A stretch of 51,584 nt of DNA from an uncultured Anaerolineales bacterium. Its GTDB lineage: Bacteria; Chloroflexota; Anaerolineae; UBA1429. The notes under the pieces are model-generated. The model was given only the letters and a program-made list of their open reading frames with translations, was not told where the DNA came from and made no database searches. Made by a program: the position numbers and the translations under genes. Shown piece after piece: positions 10,467 through 18,058 of this stretch. The DNA is taken from assembly GCA_964649365.1 (NCBI GenBank), contig CAZYPJ010000001.1, positions 8,881-60,464 on the forward strand, given 5' to 3'. The stretch's first letter is position 1; each line of letters starts with the position of its first letter.

Positions 10467-13109
10467 CTATGACCTCACCATCATCGGTAGGTAAATGTAG
10501 CTCGGCGGTGAGGGCGAGGCCAAGCGCATGATGTATATAGTTGCGGCATCGGCCACATAAAGATAACCGTTCGCCGTTGCGACATCCACGATGGATCCCA
10601 TTGGGAGGAATTCGATTTCCTGCGGGGCGGTGGGGTCGCTCACGTCAATGACGCGCAGACCCACCTGGTAACTGGCTAAGAAGGCATAATGCCCGTCCAG
10701 CGATATACGATAGGCATCATCATCTGTCTCGTGGAAACCTACCTCGTAGGGCTGGGCGGGATCGCGAGCGTCAACGATTGATAGGCCGTTTCGCTTGTTG
10801 GCCACATAAGCATAGCCGCCACTGGTAGCCACTTCTAGCGCCAATGGAGGCATATCATAAAACCCCAATTGCTGAGGAGCCGTGGGGTTATGCACATCGA
10901 GCACGGCGAGACCACATATCTCAAGACCGTTGCGCGCAGCATAGGCATAGTCTCCCTCCACAGCCAAGTCGCGAAACCACATTTGAGTGGGCGGAACTGC
11001 CGAACGAGGCGCCGACGGGTCACTCGCGTCAATGATGTGCAAATTTCCGCTACTACCAGAGGTGTAGACGTACCCTCCGACAACAGTCACATGGCGGATT
11101 CCGTACGAGTCCGAAGGTAGCAGTAATTTGGCTTTCTTGAGAGAAGATGGAGTCCGCGCGTCAACGACATGAACAGCCCCTCCATCGCATCCGATATAGG
11201 CGATACTCCCCTCTACCGCCACACATTCCGCGTCACCCATGGGGACATGTCCCACCACTCGTATGAAGTTGAGGTTGCTCACATCGATGATCTTGACGCC
11301 ATAGTCGTCGTCTGCGAGATACACATAGTCTCCCTCTACCGCTAGCGCCTCCGGGCTGCTGATGGTGTGAATAGTGCCCATCACTGGCGGCATCACGGGA
11401 TTGTGCACGTCAATGACTTTCATTCCCAGATGTCCACAGGCTACATAAGCGTAATCGTCAACCACGATTGCATCCCCAGCGTTGCCTGTGCTCTGTGCAG
11501 CTACCCAGTGCGGGTTGGTGAGATCATTCACGTCAATGATGTGTAACCCATATCCTTCTCTTGCGAGAAAGACCAGACCGCCTGATACTGTGAGGCCTAG
11601 CGTATGAGATGTATCATAACTCCCTAGGAGTTGAGGATCTGTGGGATCACGTGTATCAAGCACATACAGCCCCATATCATAGTCGGTCACATAGGCCACC
11701 TCTCCCACCACTTCTACATCGCTGACCGATCCCTGCGTGTCGAAGGAAGCCACTACTTGGGGCATAGTGGGATCGCGCACATCAACGATCCACAGGCCAG
11801 CCTCAAGGCCTGCTACGTAAGCATAGTTGCCTGCCAGAGTGATGCTGATGCCTCCTTGGGAGAGCGCGCAGAATCCAACCTTCTGAGGGGCTGTGGGGTC
11901 ATGTACATCAAACACCCATAGACCGGTGTTTTCGCCTACGTAGGCATAGCTATCTCTGACGGCCACTGCCCAGACCATCTTGGGATCATCACAGAAAGCT
12001 ATCTCTTGAGGGTTGGCTGGAGCGCTTACATCTATGATGCGTAACCCGGAGTAGGAAAAGGGAACTAGAGCATAGTCGCCCATCAAAGCGACATCCCCGG
12101 CGTTCCCTGCCGCCCGGAATTCGCTGATCAGTTGTGGAGTAGTGGGGTCGCTCACATCAAGAATCTCCATGCCGTCATCGCCGGAGGCCAGATAGGCATA
12201 GCTATCCGTTATCGCAACACGTGAAACCCACGAACCAGGGTCGAGATATGCACCTACCTCAAACGGCATCCCTGGATGGCTCACATCTACCACCATGAAG
12301 CCGCCTTCGCCGGCGGCCAGGTAGGCGTAATTTCCCACGACTGCCACACCGAGGGCATCACCCGAACGACGGCCTACAATCTGGGGTGCAGCGGGGTTGG
12401 TCACATCAATGACCCACAATCCATAGTATTCGTCGGCTGCATAGATGTACTGCCCTTGCAGCGCTACGCGACAAAATCCCTGGTCACGGTCAAACTCGGA
12501 TGCACCCACTATCTGAGGCTCATCGGGCCGACGCGCATCTACTACCACCAGGCCATATTGCCCGTCAGCCACGTAAGCATAGCCGCCAGCCGCGGCTACG
12601 CCTCTGGCGCCGCCGGACGTCTCACAGAATCCCAGCTCTTGAGGGACGACAGGGTTGCTGATGTCTACCACGTGCAAGCCTTCGTAGGATCCTGTCGCGT
12701 AGAGATAGCCATCTGCCAGCGCCACATCAGTGATCCGGCCTTGTGAGGGAGGTTGATAGCTCCCTACTTCATATGGAACCAATGGGTTGCGAATGTCAAT
12801 GATGCGCACCCCACCAGACTCGGACGCCACGTAGGCATATTCTTCGGTCAGTTTGACAGCCATAGAATTGCCGGGCGTATTGCATATTCCCACCCGCCGA
12901 GGATGCGCGGGAGCGCCCACATCAATGACCAGTAATCCGACACTTCCCGCAGCGGCATAGACATAATCGCCCGCTATAGCTACGCCTTGCACCAAATCGC
13001 CCAGAAGCGGCGTCTGGCCCACGAGTGTGGGGGCGGTGGGGTTGGATATGTCAATCACCGCCACGCGCTGGCCATAGCCGGCATAGGCATAACGCCCATG
13101 TACCGCCAC
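10467..13109 (-). CDS. LVIVD-repeat beta-propeller protein (about 20 tandem ~44-aa repeats)
   Basis: 880 aa, GTG start. The repeating unit is (V)A(V)xGxYAYVAxxxxGLxV(I/V)DVSxPxxPxxVG. I counted 20 x(I/V)D(V/I/A) cores: AVIDIS, LVIDVG, RIIDIR, HVVDIS, VVVDAR, WVIDVT, MVVDVS, EILDVS, RIIDVS, WVFDVH, WIVDVR, YVLDTR, HIIDVN, KVIDVH, KIIDVS, HVVDAR, HIIDAS, AVLDVH, SIVDAR, RVIDVS. The ORF as bounded has no signal peptide. Confidence 0.85.
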   Translation of the reverse strand: MAVHGRYAYAGYGQRVAVIDISNPTAPTLVGQTPLLGDLVQGVAIAGDYVYAAAGSVGLLVIDVGAPAHPRRVGICNTPGNSMAVKLTEEYAYVASESGGVRIIDIRNPLVPYEVGSYQPPSQGRITDVALADGYLYATGSYEGLHVVDISNPVVPQELGFCETSGGARGVAAAGGYAYVADGQYGLVVVDARRPDEPQIVGASEFDRDQGFCRVALQGQYIYAADEYYGLWVIDVTNPAAPQIVGRRSGDALGVAVVGNYAYLAAGEGGFMVVDVSHPGMPFEVGAYLDPGSWVSRVAITDSYAYLASGDDGMEILDVSDPTTPQLISEFRAAGNAGDVALMGDYALVPFSYSGLRIIDVSAPANPQEIAFCDDPKMVWAVAVRDSYAYVGENTGLWVFDVHDPTAPQKVGFCALSQGGISITLAGNYAYVAGLEAGLWIVDVRDPTMPQVVASFDTQGSVSDVEVVGEVAYVTDYDMGLYVLDTRDPTDPQLLGSYDTSHTLGLTVSGGLVFLAREGYGLHIIDVNDLTNPHWVAAQSTGNAGDAIVVDDYAYVACGHLGMKVIDVHNPVMPPVMGTIHTISSPEALAVEGDYVYLADDDYGVKIIDVSNLNFIRVVGHVPMGDAECVAVEGSIAYIGCDGGAVHVVDARTPSSLKKAKLLLPSDSYGIRHVTVVGGYVYTSGSSGNLHIIDASDPSAPRSAVPPTQMWFRDLAVEGDYAYAARNGLEICGLAVLDVHNPTAPQQLGFYDMPPLALEVATSGGYAYVANKRNGLSIVDARDPAQPYEVGFHETDDDAYRISLDGHYAFLASYQVGLRVIDVSDPTAPQEIEFLPMGSIVDVATANGYLYVADAATIYIMRLASPSPPSYIYLPMMVRS

Positions 13110-13145
13110 TGATAGTTACTGCCCGCCTATCTGGCCGATTACTTC

Positions 13146-13295
13146 CTATTTGGGCGGCATTGCCTGCGGCGTAGAGGTGGGGGTGGCTGTAGGCGGCGCC
13201 ACCGTTGGGGGCTTTACCGTGGGCTGCTCTGCATTCATCCCTAGCGGCCCGATCACCAGACAGATGATGAGTAGCAATCTATGTACACTGTCAAT
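13146..13295 (-). pseudogene. Detached 5' segment of the LVIVD gene: signal-peptide-like plus Pro/Thr-linker coding stretch, in frame but separated by two stop codons
   Basis: The minus strand, in the same frame as the LVIVD ORF, reads (I)DSVHRLLLIICLVIGPLGMNAEQPTVKPPTVAPPTATPTSTPQAMPPK-TAG(13146-13148)-EVIGQIGGQ-TAA(13116-13118)-LS-GTG(13107-13109)AVHGRYAYA. GGGGAG lies 9 nt upstream of ATT 13293-13295, and a TTG sits at 13275-13277. Confidence 0.4.
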
Positions 13296-13301
13296 AGACG
13301 T

Positions 13302-13329
13302 TTGCTCCCCGTCGGGCGATTGCTATAAT
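13302..13329 (+). promoter_or_regulatory. TG-extended -10 promoter candidate (divergent from the LVIVD gene)
   Basis: TTGCTC (13302-13307), 16-bp spacer, TGcTATAAT (13321-13329). A second candidate, TGaTATACT at 13521-13529, lies 35 nt before ATG 13564. Confidence 0.3.
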
Positions 13330-13563
13330 GAATGCGGTCATCTTGTGGAGAACGTGATGATTACCATCTCCCCCAACCGCTGCATTGGCTGCGGCGCGTG
13401 TGTCAAGGTCTGTAACGAAAGCTGCGGTACCCTTTCGCAACAAGGTACAAGGCAAAATCTTGCCGATCCGGTGGAATGGCAAATGAAGATGCTTGTGGCT
13501 GCGCTTTCCGTGTGGGGGTATGATATACTGAGAGCGGAAATTGTCTGTTGTACTGGAGGAGCA

Positions 13564-13803
13564 ATGTCCCCCACCGTGCTCAAGGTCGGTCCTTATCGTT
13601 TCTTTTTCAACAGCCGAGAAGAGACACGGCGGCATATTCATATAGCCACTAGCGACGGGGTCGCCAAATTCTGGCTAGAGCCAGTCATTGCGTTGGCAAG
13701 TTATTATCGCGTCAACCCACAAGATCTGAATCGAATGGATGAATTGGTGAGAGAATATGAACACACTTTCCGGGACGCCTGGGATAAGCATTTCCTCCGA
13801 TGA
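13564..13803 (+). CDS. DUF4160-family small protein
   Basis: 79 aa, with ATG 13564 and GGAGGA 4 nt upstream. MSPTVLKVGPYRFFFNSREETRRHIHIATSDGVAKFWLEPV matches my memory of the DUF4160 N-terminus (GxYRFxFxSxE...HxH...AKFWL). The track ORF 13150..13803 extends it through unrelated sequence. Confidence 0.75.
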   Translation: MSPTVLKVGPYRFFFNSREETRRHIHIATSDGVAKFWLEPVIALASYYRVNPQDLNRMDELVREYEHTFRDAWDKHFLR

Positions 13804-14038
13804 AAAGCCGAACTGCCAGATCACGGCAGTGACAGAGATCGGGTTGTGGTTACTTGTCGGTGATGAAGAGTATTTTGTTCCTTTTGCCGAATATCCACAC
13901 TTTCAGACCGCGCTGCTGGATCAGATTTTTGCGGTCGAATGGATCGCCCCGGGCCAGGTGCGATGGGAGGCGCTGGATATAGATGTCGAATTAGACGCAC
14001 TGATGGCGCCTGATCGTTATCCCCTGGTATGGCAATAG
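13757..14038 (+). CDS. DUF2442-family small protein (usual partner of DUF4160)
   Basis: 93 aa. ITAVTEIGLWLLVGDEEYFVPFAEYPHF...VRWEALDIDVELDAL resembles DUF2442. It overlaps the upstream gene by 47 nt if ATG 13757 is used, so the exact start is uncertain. Confidence 0.7.
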   Translation: MNTLSGTPGISISSDEKPNCQITAVTEIGLWLLVGDEEYFVPFAEYPHFQTALLDQIFAVEWIAPGQVRWEALDIDVELDALMAPDRYPLVWQ

Positions 14039-14095
14039 CCATCGAGTTTTTCGCATCGAGACCACTGCCAAGCAGCAGCTAGGAGGCACATCCCC

Positions 14096-14926
14096 ATGAT
14101 CGAACTCCCCGAAGCCGTCACCCTCGCCCGGCAGATCAACGAGACGCTGCGGGGCAAACGCATTGCTGAAGCAGTGCGCGGCAACACGCCTCACAAATTC
14201 GCCTTTTACAACCACACACCAGAGGAATATGCCGCGATTTTGCCCGGCAAGGTGGTGGGCGCGGCGCGCCACCACGGCAACAACATCCTGGTGGATCTCG
14301 ATCCCGGCTATGTCCAGGTGTTGGGCGGGGGCGGCGAGCGCATCCTCTATCACACCGACGTCAAGACGTTGCCCAAGAAGCACCAATATCTATGGCGCTT
14401 TGAAGACAACGCTTATCTCACTGTCTCGGTGCAGATGTGGGGGTCGCTGCACTTGTTGCGCCCCGAGGAATTGACCGATCATCCGCACCTGGGGCCGGTG
14501 CGCATCTCGCCGTTGGACGAGGGCTTTACGCGCGACTATTTCCTCGGCCTGTTCGATGAGCTGGAGGAGAACGACGCTCGCGCTATCAAGTATTTTATCA
14601 TCAGCAAGCCCGGCGTTTGGGGCGTGGGCAACGGCTACTTGCACGATATTCTCTACCTCGCCAAGCTGCACCCTCGGCGGCGAGCAGTGGATGTGACCGC
14701 CAGCGAGCGCGTTGCGCTCTATGACGCTCTCATGAGCGTCATACGTCGCGCTACCGAGTTGGGTGGGCGCGACGACGAACACGATCTCTTTAATCGCGTC
14801 GGCGGCTATCGGCGCGTTCTGGATAGCAGCATGGCTGGCCAACCCTGCCCCACGTGCGGCGTAGCGATTGAAAAGATCCAATTCTTGGGCGGCGCGTCGT
14901 ATTTCTGTCCACATTGCCAGATATAG
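14096..14926 (+). CDS. Fpg/Nei-family DNA glycosylase-like protein with non-canonical N-terminus (MIELPE instead of MPELPE)
   Basis: 276 aa, with AGGAGG 9 nt upstream. Has the H2TH motif GVGNGYLHDILYLAKLHP and the C-terminal zinc finger CPTC-x16-CPHC. Confidence 0.85.
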   Translation: MIELPEAVTLARQINETLRGKRIAEAVRGNTPHKFAFYNHTPEEYAAILPGKVVGAARHHGNNILVDLDPGYVQVLGGGGERILYHTDVKTLPKKHQYLWRFEDNAYLTVSVQMWGSLHLLRPEELTDHPHLGPVRISPLDEGFTRDYFLGLFDELEENDARAIKYFIISKPGVWGVGNGYLHDILYLAKLHPRRRAVDVTASERVALYDALMSVIRRATELGGRDDEHDLFNRVGGYRRVLDSSMAGQPCPTCGVAIEKIQFLGGASYFCPHCQI

Positions 14927-14934
14927 GAGCGACC

Positions 14935-15948
14935 ATGATAGCGAACGACAAACCGATTGTTGCCATCACCATCGGCGATCCCGCCGGCATCGGGCCGGAG
15001 GTCACGGCCAAAGCCCTGGAGAACGCCGAGGTGTGGGCTTGTTCTCGCCCGTTGGTGGTGGGCGACGCCGGCGTGATGCGCAAAGCGGCAGCATTGTCCA
15101 GCGGCAAGCTGGCGTTTCGCGCCATCGCCGATGCAAAAGATGCCCATTACGACGCCGCTGCGCCGGATGTGCTCGACTTGCACAATGTGAATCTGGCGAC
15201 GCTGCAACCGGGCAAGGTGGCGGCGGAGGCGGGCGTCGCGGCGGCAGCCTATATCACGCGGGCGGTGGAATTGGCTCGCGACGGACTGGCCGACGCCATC
15301 TCGACTGGCCCGATCAACAAGGCGGCGCTCAAGGCAGCGCATATTCCGTTTATCGGACACACCGAGATGATCGCTGAACTGCTGCATTCGGGCGAGGTGA
15401 CGACCATGCTGGCCACCGAGGGGCTGCGCGTGGTGCATGTGACGCGCCACGTGTCGCTGGCCCAGGTGGCGGCGCTCATTACGCGAGAGAACGTATTGGG
15501 CACAATCCGCCTGACCGATGAGGGCTTGCGACAGATGGGCTTTGCCGCGCCCAGAATCGCCGTCGCCGCGCTCAACCCCCACGGCGGCGATGACGGTTTG
15601 ATGGGTCGCGAAGAGATCGAGGCCATTGGCCCGGCGGTGGAGGCCGCCTGCGCCGAAGGAATCGCCGCTACTGGGCCAATCCCGGCGGATTCGGTCTTTT
15701 TCCGCGCTATTCGCGGCGAGTTCGATGTAGTGGTGGCCATGTTCCACGATCAGGGACACATCCCCATCAAGACCCACGGCTTTGAGCGGTCAATCACCGT
15801 GACGCTGGGGTTGCCGATCATTCGCACCTCGGTAGATCACGGCACGGCGTTCGACATCGCGTGGAAGGGTGTCGCTAGCGCTGAGAGTATGGTTGAATCC
15901 ATCCGTCTAGCGGCGCAATTGGCCCAGGGAAAACGATCTCGATCGTAA
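14935..15948 (+). CDS. pdxA: PdxA-family NAD(P)-dependent 4-hydroxythreonine-4-phosphate dehydrogenase-like enzyme
   Basis: Motifs are PIVAITIGDPAGIGPEV, IGHTEM, FHDQGHIP and RTSVDHGTAFDIAWKG. ATG 14935 has AGGAG 5 nt upstream, directly after the Fpg-like stop. The track's TTG 14914 start is less likely. Confidence 0.82.
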   Translation: MIANDKPIVAITIGDPAGIGPEVTAKALENAEVWACSRPLVVGDAGVMRKAAALSSGKLAFRAIADAKDAHYDAAAPDVLDLHNVNLATLQPGKVAAEAGVAAAAYITRAVELARDGLADAISTGPINKAALKAAHIPFIGHTEMIAELLHSGEVTTMLATEGLRVVHVTRHVSLAQVAALITRENVLGTIRLTDEGLRQMGFAAPRIAVAALNPHGGDDGLMGREEIEAIGPAVEAACAEGIAATGPIPADSVFFRAIRGEFDVVVAMFHDQGHIPIKTHGFERSITVTLGLPIIRTSVDHGTAFDIAWKGVASAESMVESIRLAAQLAQGKRSRS

Positions 15949-15972
15949 TCAAAATCTCTAGATAGGTATTGG

Positions 15973-16029
15973 GACAGGCGATAGATGTGCGTTAGCAACC
16001 GGAGCACACCTATCGCCTGTCAATTTTCT
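15973..16029 (+). terminator. Rho-independent terminator candidate after pdxA
   Basis: Perfect 12-bp inverted repeat GACAGGCGATAG (15973-15984) / CTATCGCCTGTC (16010-16021), with inner TGTGC/GCACA pairing, followed by AATTTTCT. Confidence 0.5.
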
Positions 16030-16076
16030 GCTCGCCGAATGACAGACTGCATCCATTTCCGGGCGCGGCGGCAAGA

Positions 16077-16125
16077 TTACAATATTTTCATAATTATTGT
16101 AAGACCATTAACCGCATGTTATAAT
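16077..16125 (+). promoter_or_regulatory. Near-consensus promoter with overlapping palindromic operator candidate
   Basis: -35 TTGTAA (16097-16102), 17-bp spacer, TGtTATAAT (16117-16125). A perfect 8-bp inverted repeat TTACAATA (16077-16084) N10 TATTGTAA (16095-16102) overlaps the -35. This is the most AT-rich patch of the window. Confidence 0.45.
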
Positions 16126-16202
16126 CGGGGAACAGCCAATCCACGTCGGAAGGGTGAGCTTTGTCTCTGACATGGATGGTTGAATCGAGCCAAGGAGCGC
16201 GC

Positions 16203-17456
16203 ATGAGCGAGCGAAAACGCCTATCCTCTCCCCAATCAGGCTTGAGCCGGCGCCGTTTTATGCAGGGGATGGGATTAACCCTAGCGGCGCCGTTGGTGAC
16301 GGCGTGGGCGCCTCGCATGGAACTGGTCGCGGCAAATCGTTCAGCGTCAAAGCCACTACGCTTGGGTGTGATGTTACCCTCGTCGCGAGTCTATCCTCAA
16401 TTGGGCGATAATCTGCTGGCTGGCCTGATCTTGGGGGCTGGGCGCGAGGGGCGCGCCATTGAACTGGCGCGTGAGGATCTTGGCGTCGAGCCGGGCATGG
16501 CGCTCAGCGCTGCGCGTCGGCTGGCCGAGAAAGAGCGTGTGGATGCCCTATTAGGGGTTATTCACCCCGAGATCGCCTCTCGCCTGGCTCCGCTCCTGGC
16601 CGAAAAGCGCATCCCGCTGTGGGTGTGCGAAGCGGGCGCCAGCGCTGTAAACACGGTTAGTCCGTGGATCATCTACCACACGCTGCACTATTGGCAGGCG
16701 CAATGGCTGCTAGGCGATTGGGCAGCCCGCAATTTGGGAAAAAAGGCCGCCGTCGCCGTTTCGTTGTATGACAGCGGCTATGACGCGCTCTATGTCTTCC
16801 GGTTGGGCTTTGAGGCGGCGGGCGGTGAGATCGTGCAGACCTGGGCTACCCTCGGCGATGCTCGATACTATGCCTTCGCCGCCGCTATGACCGATTTTGT
16901 GCGCCCGCGCCCCGATTTCTCTTATGGGCTCTATTGCGGCCAGGCGGCGGCGGATTTCGTGGCCGCCTATGGCCGGGCAGGGCTGGCGGGCAAAATTCCG
17001 CTGGCCGGCTCGGCGTTCATGGCGGCTGATGATCTGCTACCCATTCATGGCGAGGCCGCGCTTGGCGCGATCAGTTGCTCGCCCTGGGCCAACGACGCGG
17101 GCAACGCAGCATATGCCGCGTTCGAGGAGGTCTATCGCGCACGCATGGGGCGAGGGGCCGATTTATTCGCAGCGTTGGGCTATGACACGGGGCGGTTGAT
17201 CGCACAAACTACCGGCCGTGGGGCGGATACGCTTGCTCACGTCGCGTTCGCCGGCCCACGGGGCCATTTGACAGTGGATACCGCCACACGTCAAACGCGC
17301 GCGCCGCTCTATGTGCGCGAGGCGCGCTGGGTAGGCGGCGCCCTGCGCAATGTGACTATCGCTGAATTGGAGCTGCCTACCGATTTGGATGCCCGCTTGA
17401 AAGCGGCTCGCTCTAGCCCGCTCTCGGGCTGGCTGAATACCTATTTGTGCGCCTGA
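16203..17456 (+). CDS. Tat-signal periplasmic binding protein, type I fold (LivK/Peripla_BP_6-like), with no adjacent permease or ATPase
   Basis: ATG 16203 has AAGGAG 5 nt upstream. The twin-arginine signal is LSRRRFMQGMGLTLAAPLVTAWA. The remaining ~390 aa have the alternating alpha/beta style of branched-chain-amino-acid-type binding proteins. Confidence 0.7.
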   Translation: MSERKRLSSPQSGLSRRRFMQGMGLTLAAPLVTAWAPRMELVAANRSASKPLRLGVMLPSSRVYPQLGDNLLAGLILGAGREGRAIELAREDLGVEPGMALSAARRLAEKERVDALLGVIHPEIASRLAPLLAEKRIPLWVCEAGASAVNTVSPWIIYHTLHYWQAQWLLGDWAARNLGKKAAVAVSLYDSGYDALYVFRLGFEAAGGEIVQTWATLGDARYYAFAAAMTDFVRPRPDFSYGLYCGQAAADFVAAYGRAGLAGKIPLAGSAFMAADDLLPIHGEAALGAISCSPWANDAGNAAYAAFEEVYRARMGRGADLFAALGYDTGRLIAQTTGRGADTLAHVAFAGPRGHLTVDTATRQTRAPLYVREARWVGGALRNVTIAELELPTDLDARLKAARSSPLSGWLNTYLCA

Positions 17457-17547
17457 TCCGTAGGGCAACACACGCGAGGCGTTACGCCGCCGCGACGGCA
17501 ACGAATAGCACGTCATTCTGCAAGCGGGGAACGTAGAGAGGTGCTTC

Positions 17548-18048
17548 ATGGCTGAACCGTTCCTGTCCGAGATTCGCATCATGAGTTTTGTGTTTGCCCC
17601 CAAGGGCTGGGCGTTGTGCAACGGTCAACTGCTGCCCATCAACCAGAACCAAGCGCTATTCTCTTTGCTGGGTACGACCTTTGGCGGCGATGGCTCCGTA
17701 AACTTTGCTCTGCCCGATCTGCGCGGGCGCGTTCCCATTCACGTGGGCAGCGGCCACACCCTAGGTGAGCGCAGCGGCGAGCAAGCGCACACACTCTCTA
17801 TCGCCGAACTGCCCCAGCACACGCACGTGGTCAACGCCGCTAACGTTGCCGCCGCGACCGACGATCCCACTAGCAATTTGCCGGCCGTCGCCGGCTTGAA
17901 CGCCTATGGCGCAGCTACCGGCCTGACGGCGATGGGCGCGAGCGCAGTAACCAACACGGGCGGCAGCCAGGCGCACCTGAATATGCAGCCGTTCCTGACG
18001 CTCAGTTTTTGCATCGCGTTGCAAGGGATCTTTCCCTCACCCACCTGA
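17548..18048 (+). CDS. Phage-tail-collar domain protein (MdpB / microcystin-dependent-protein-like), paralogue 1
   Basis: 166 aa. The N-terminus is FLSEIRIMSFVFAPKGWALCNGQLLPINQNQALFSLLGTTFGGDGSVNFALPDLRGRVP (collar-domain signature). The C-terminus is GGSQAHLNMQPFLTLSFCIALQGIFPS. Confidence 0.9.
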   Translation: MAEPFLSEIRIMSFVFAPKGWALCNGQLLPINQNQALFSLLGTTFGGDGSVNFALPDLRGRVPIHVGSGHTLGERSGEQAHTLSIAELPQHTHVVNAANVAAATDDPTSNLPAVAGLNAYGAATGLTAMGASAVTNTGGSQAHLNMQPFLTLSFCIALQGIFPSPT

Positions 18049-18058
18049 GGAGGCAGCT

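Noticed and set aside
10467-13109. ~132-nt periodicity across 2.6 kb, considered as a possible satellite or CRISPR-like repeat
   Set aside because: The periodicity is at the protein level (LVIVD repeats). The DNA copies are diverged and the frame is continuously open.
13150-13563. N-terminal 138 codons of track ORF 13150..13803
   Set aside because: The first part is antisense to the PT-linker remnant of the LVIVD gene (Gly/Val-rich). The middle part is a ferredoxin-motif remnant. The genuine DUF4160 homology starts at ATG 13564, which has its own GGAGGA.
14806-15777. 323-aa minus-strand ORF
   Set aside because: It is antisense to pdxA, which carries all the family motifs, so it is a shadow ORF.
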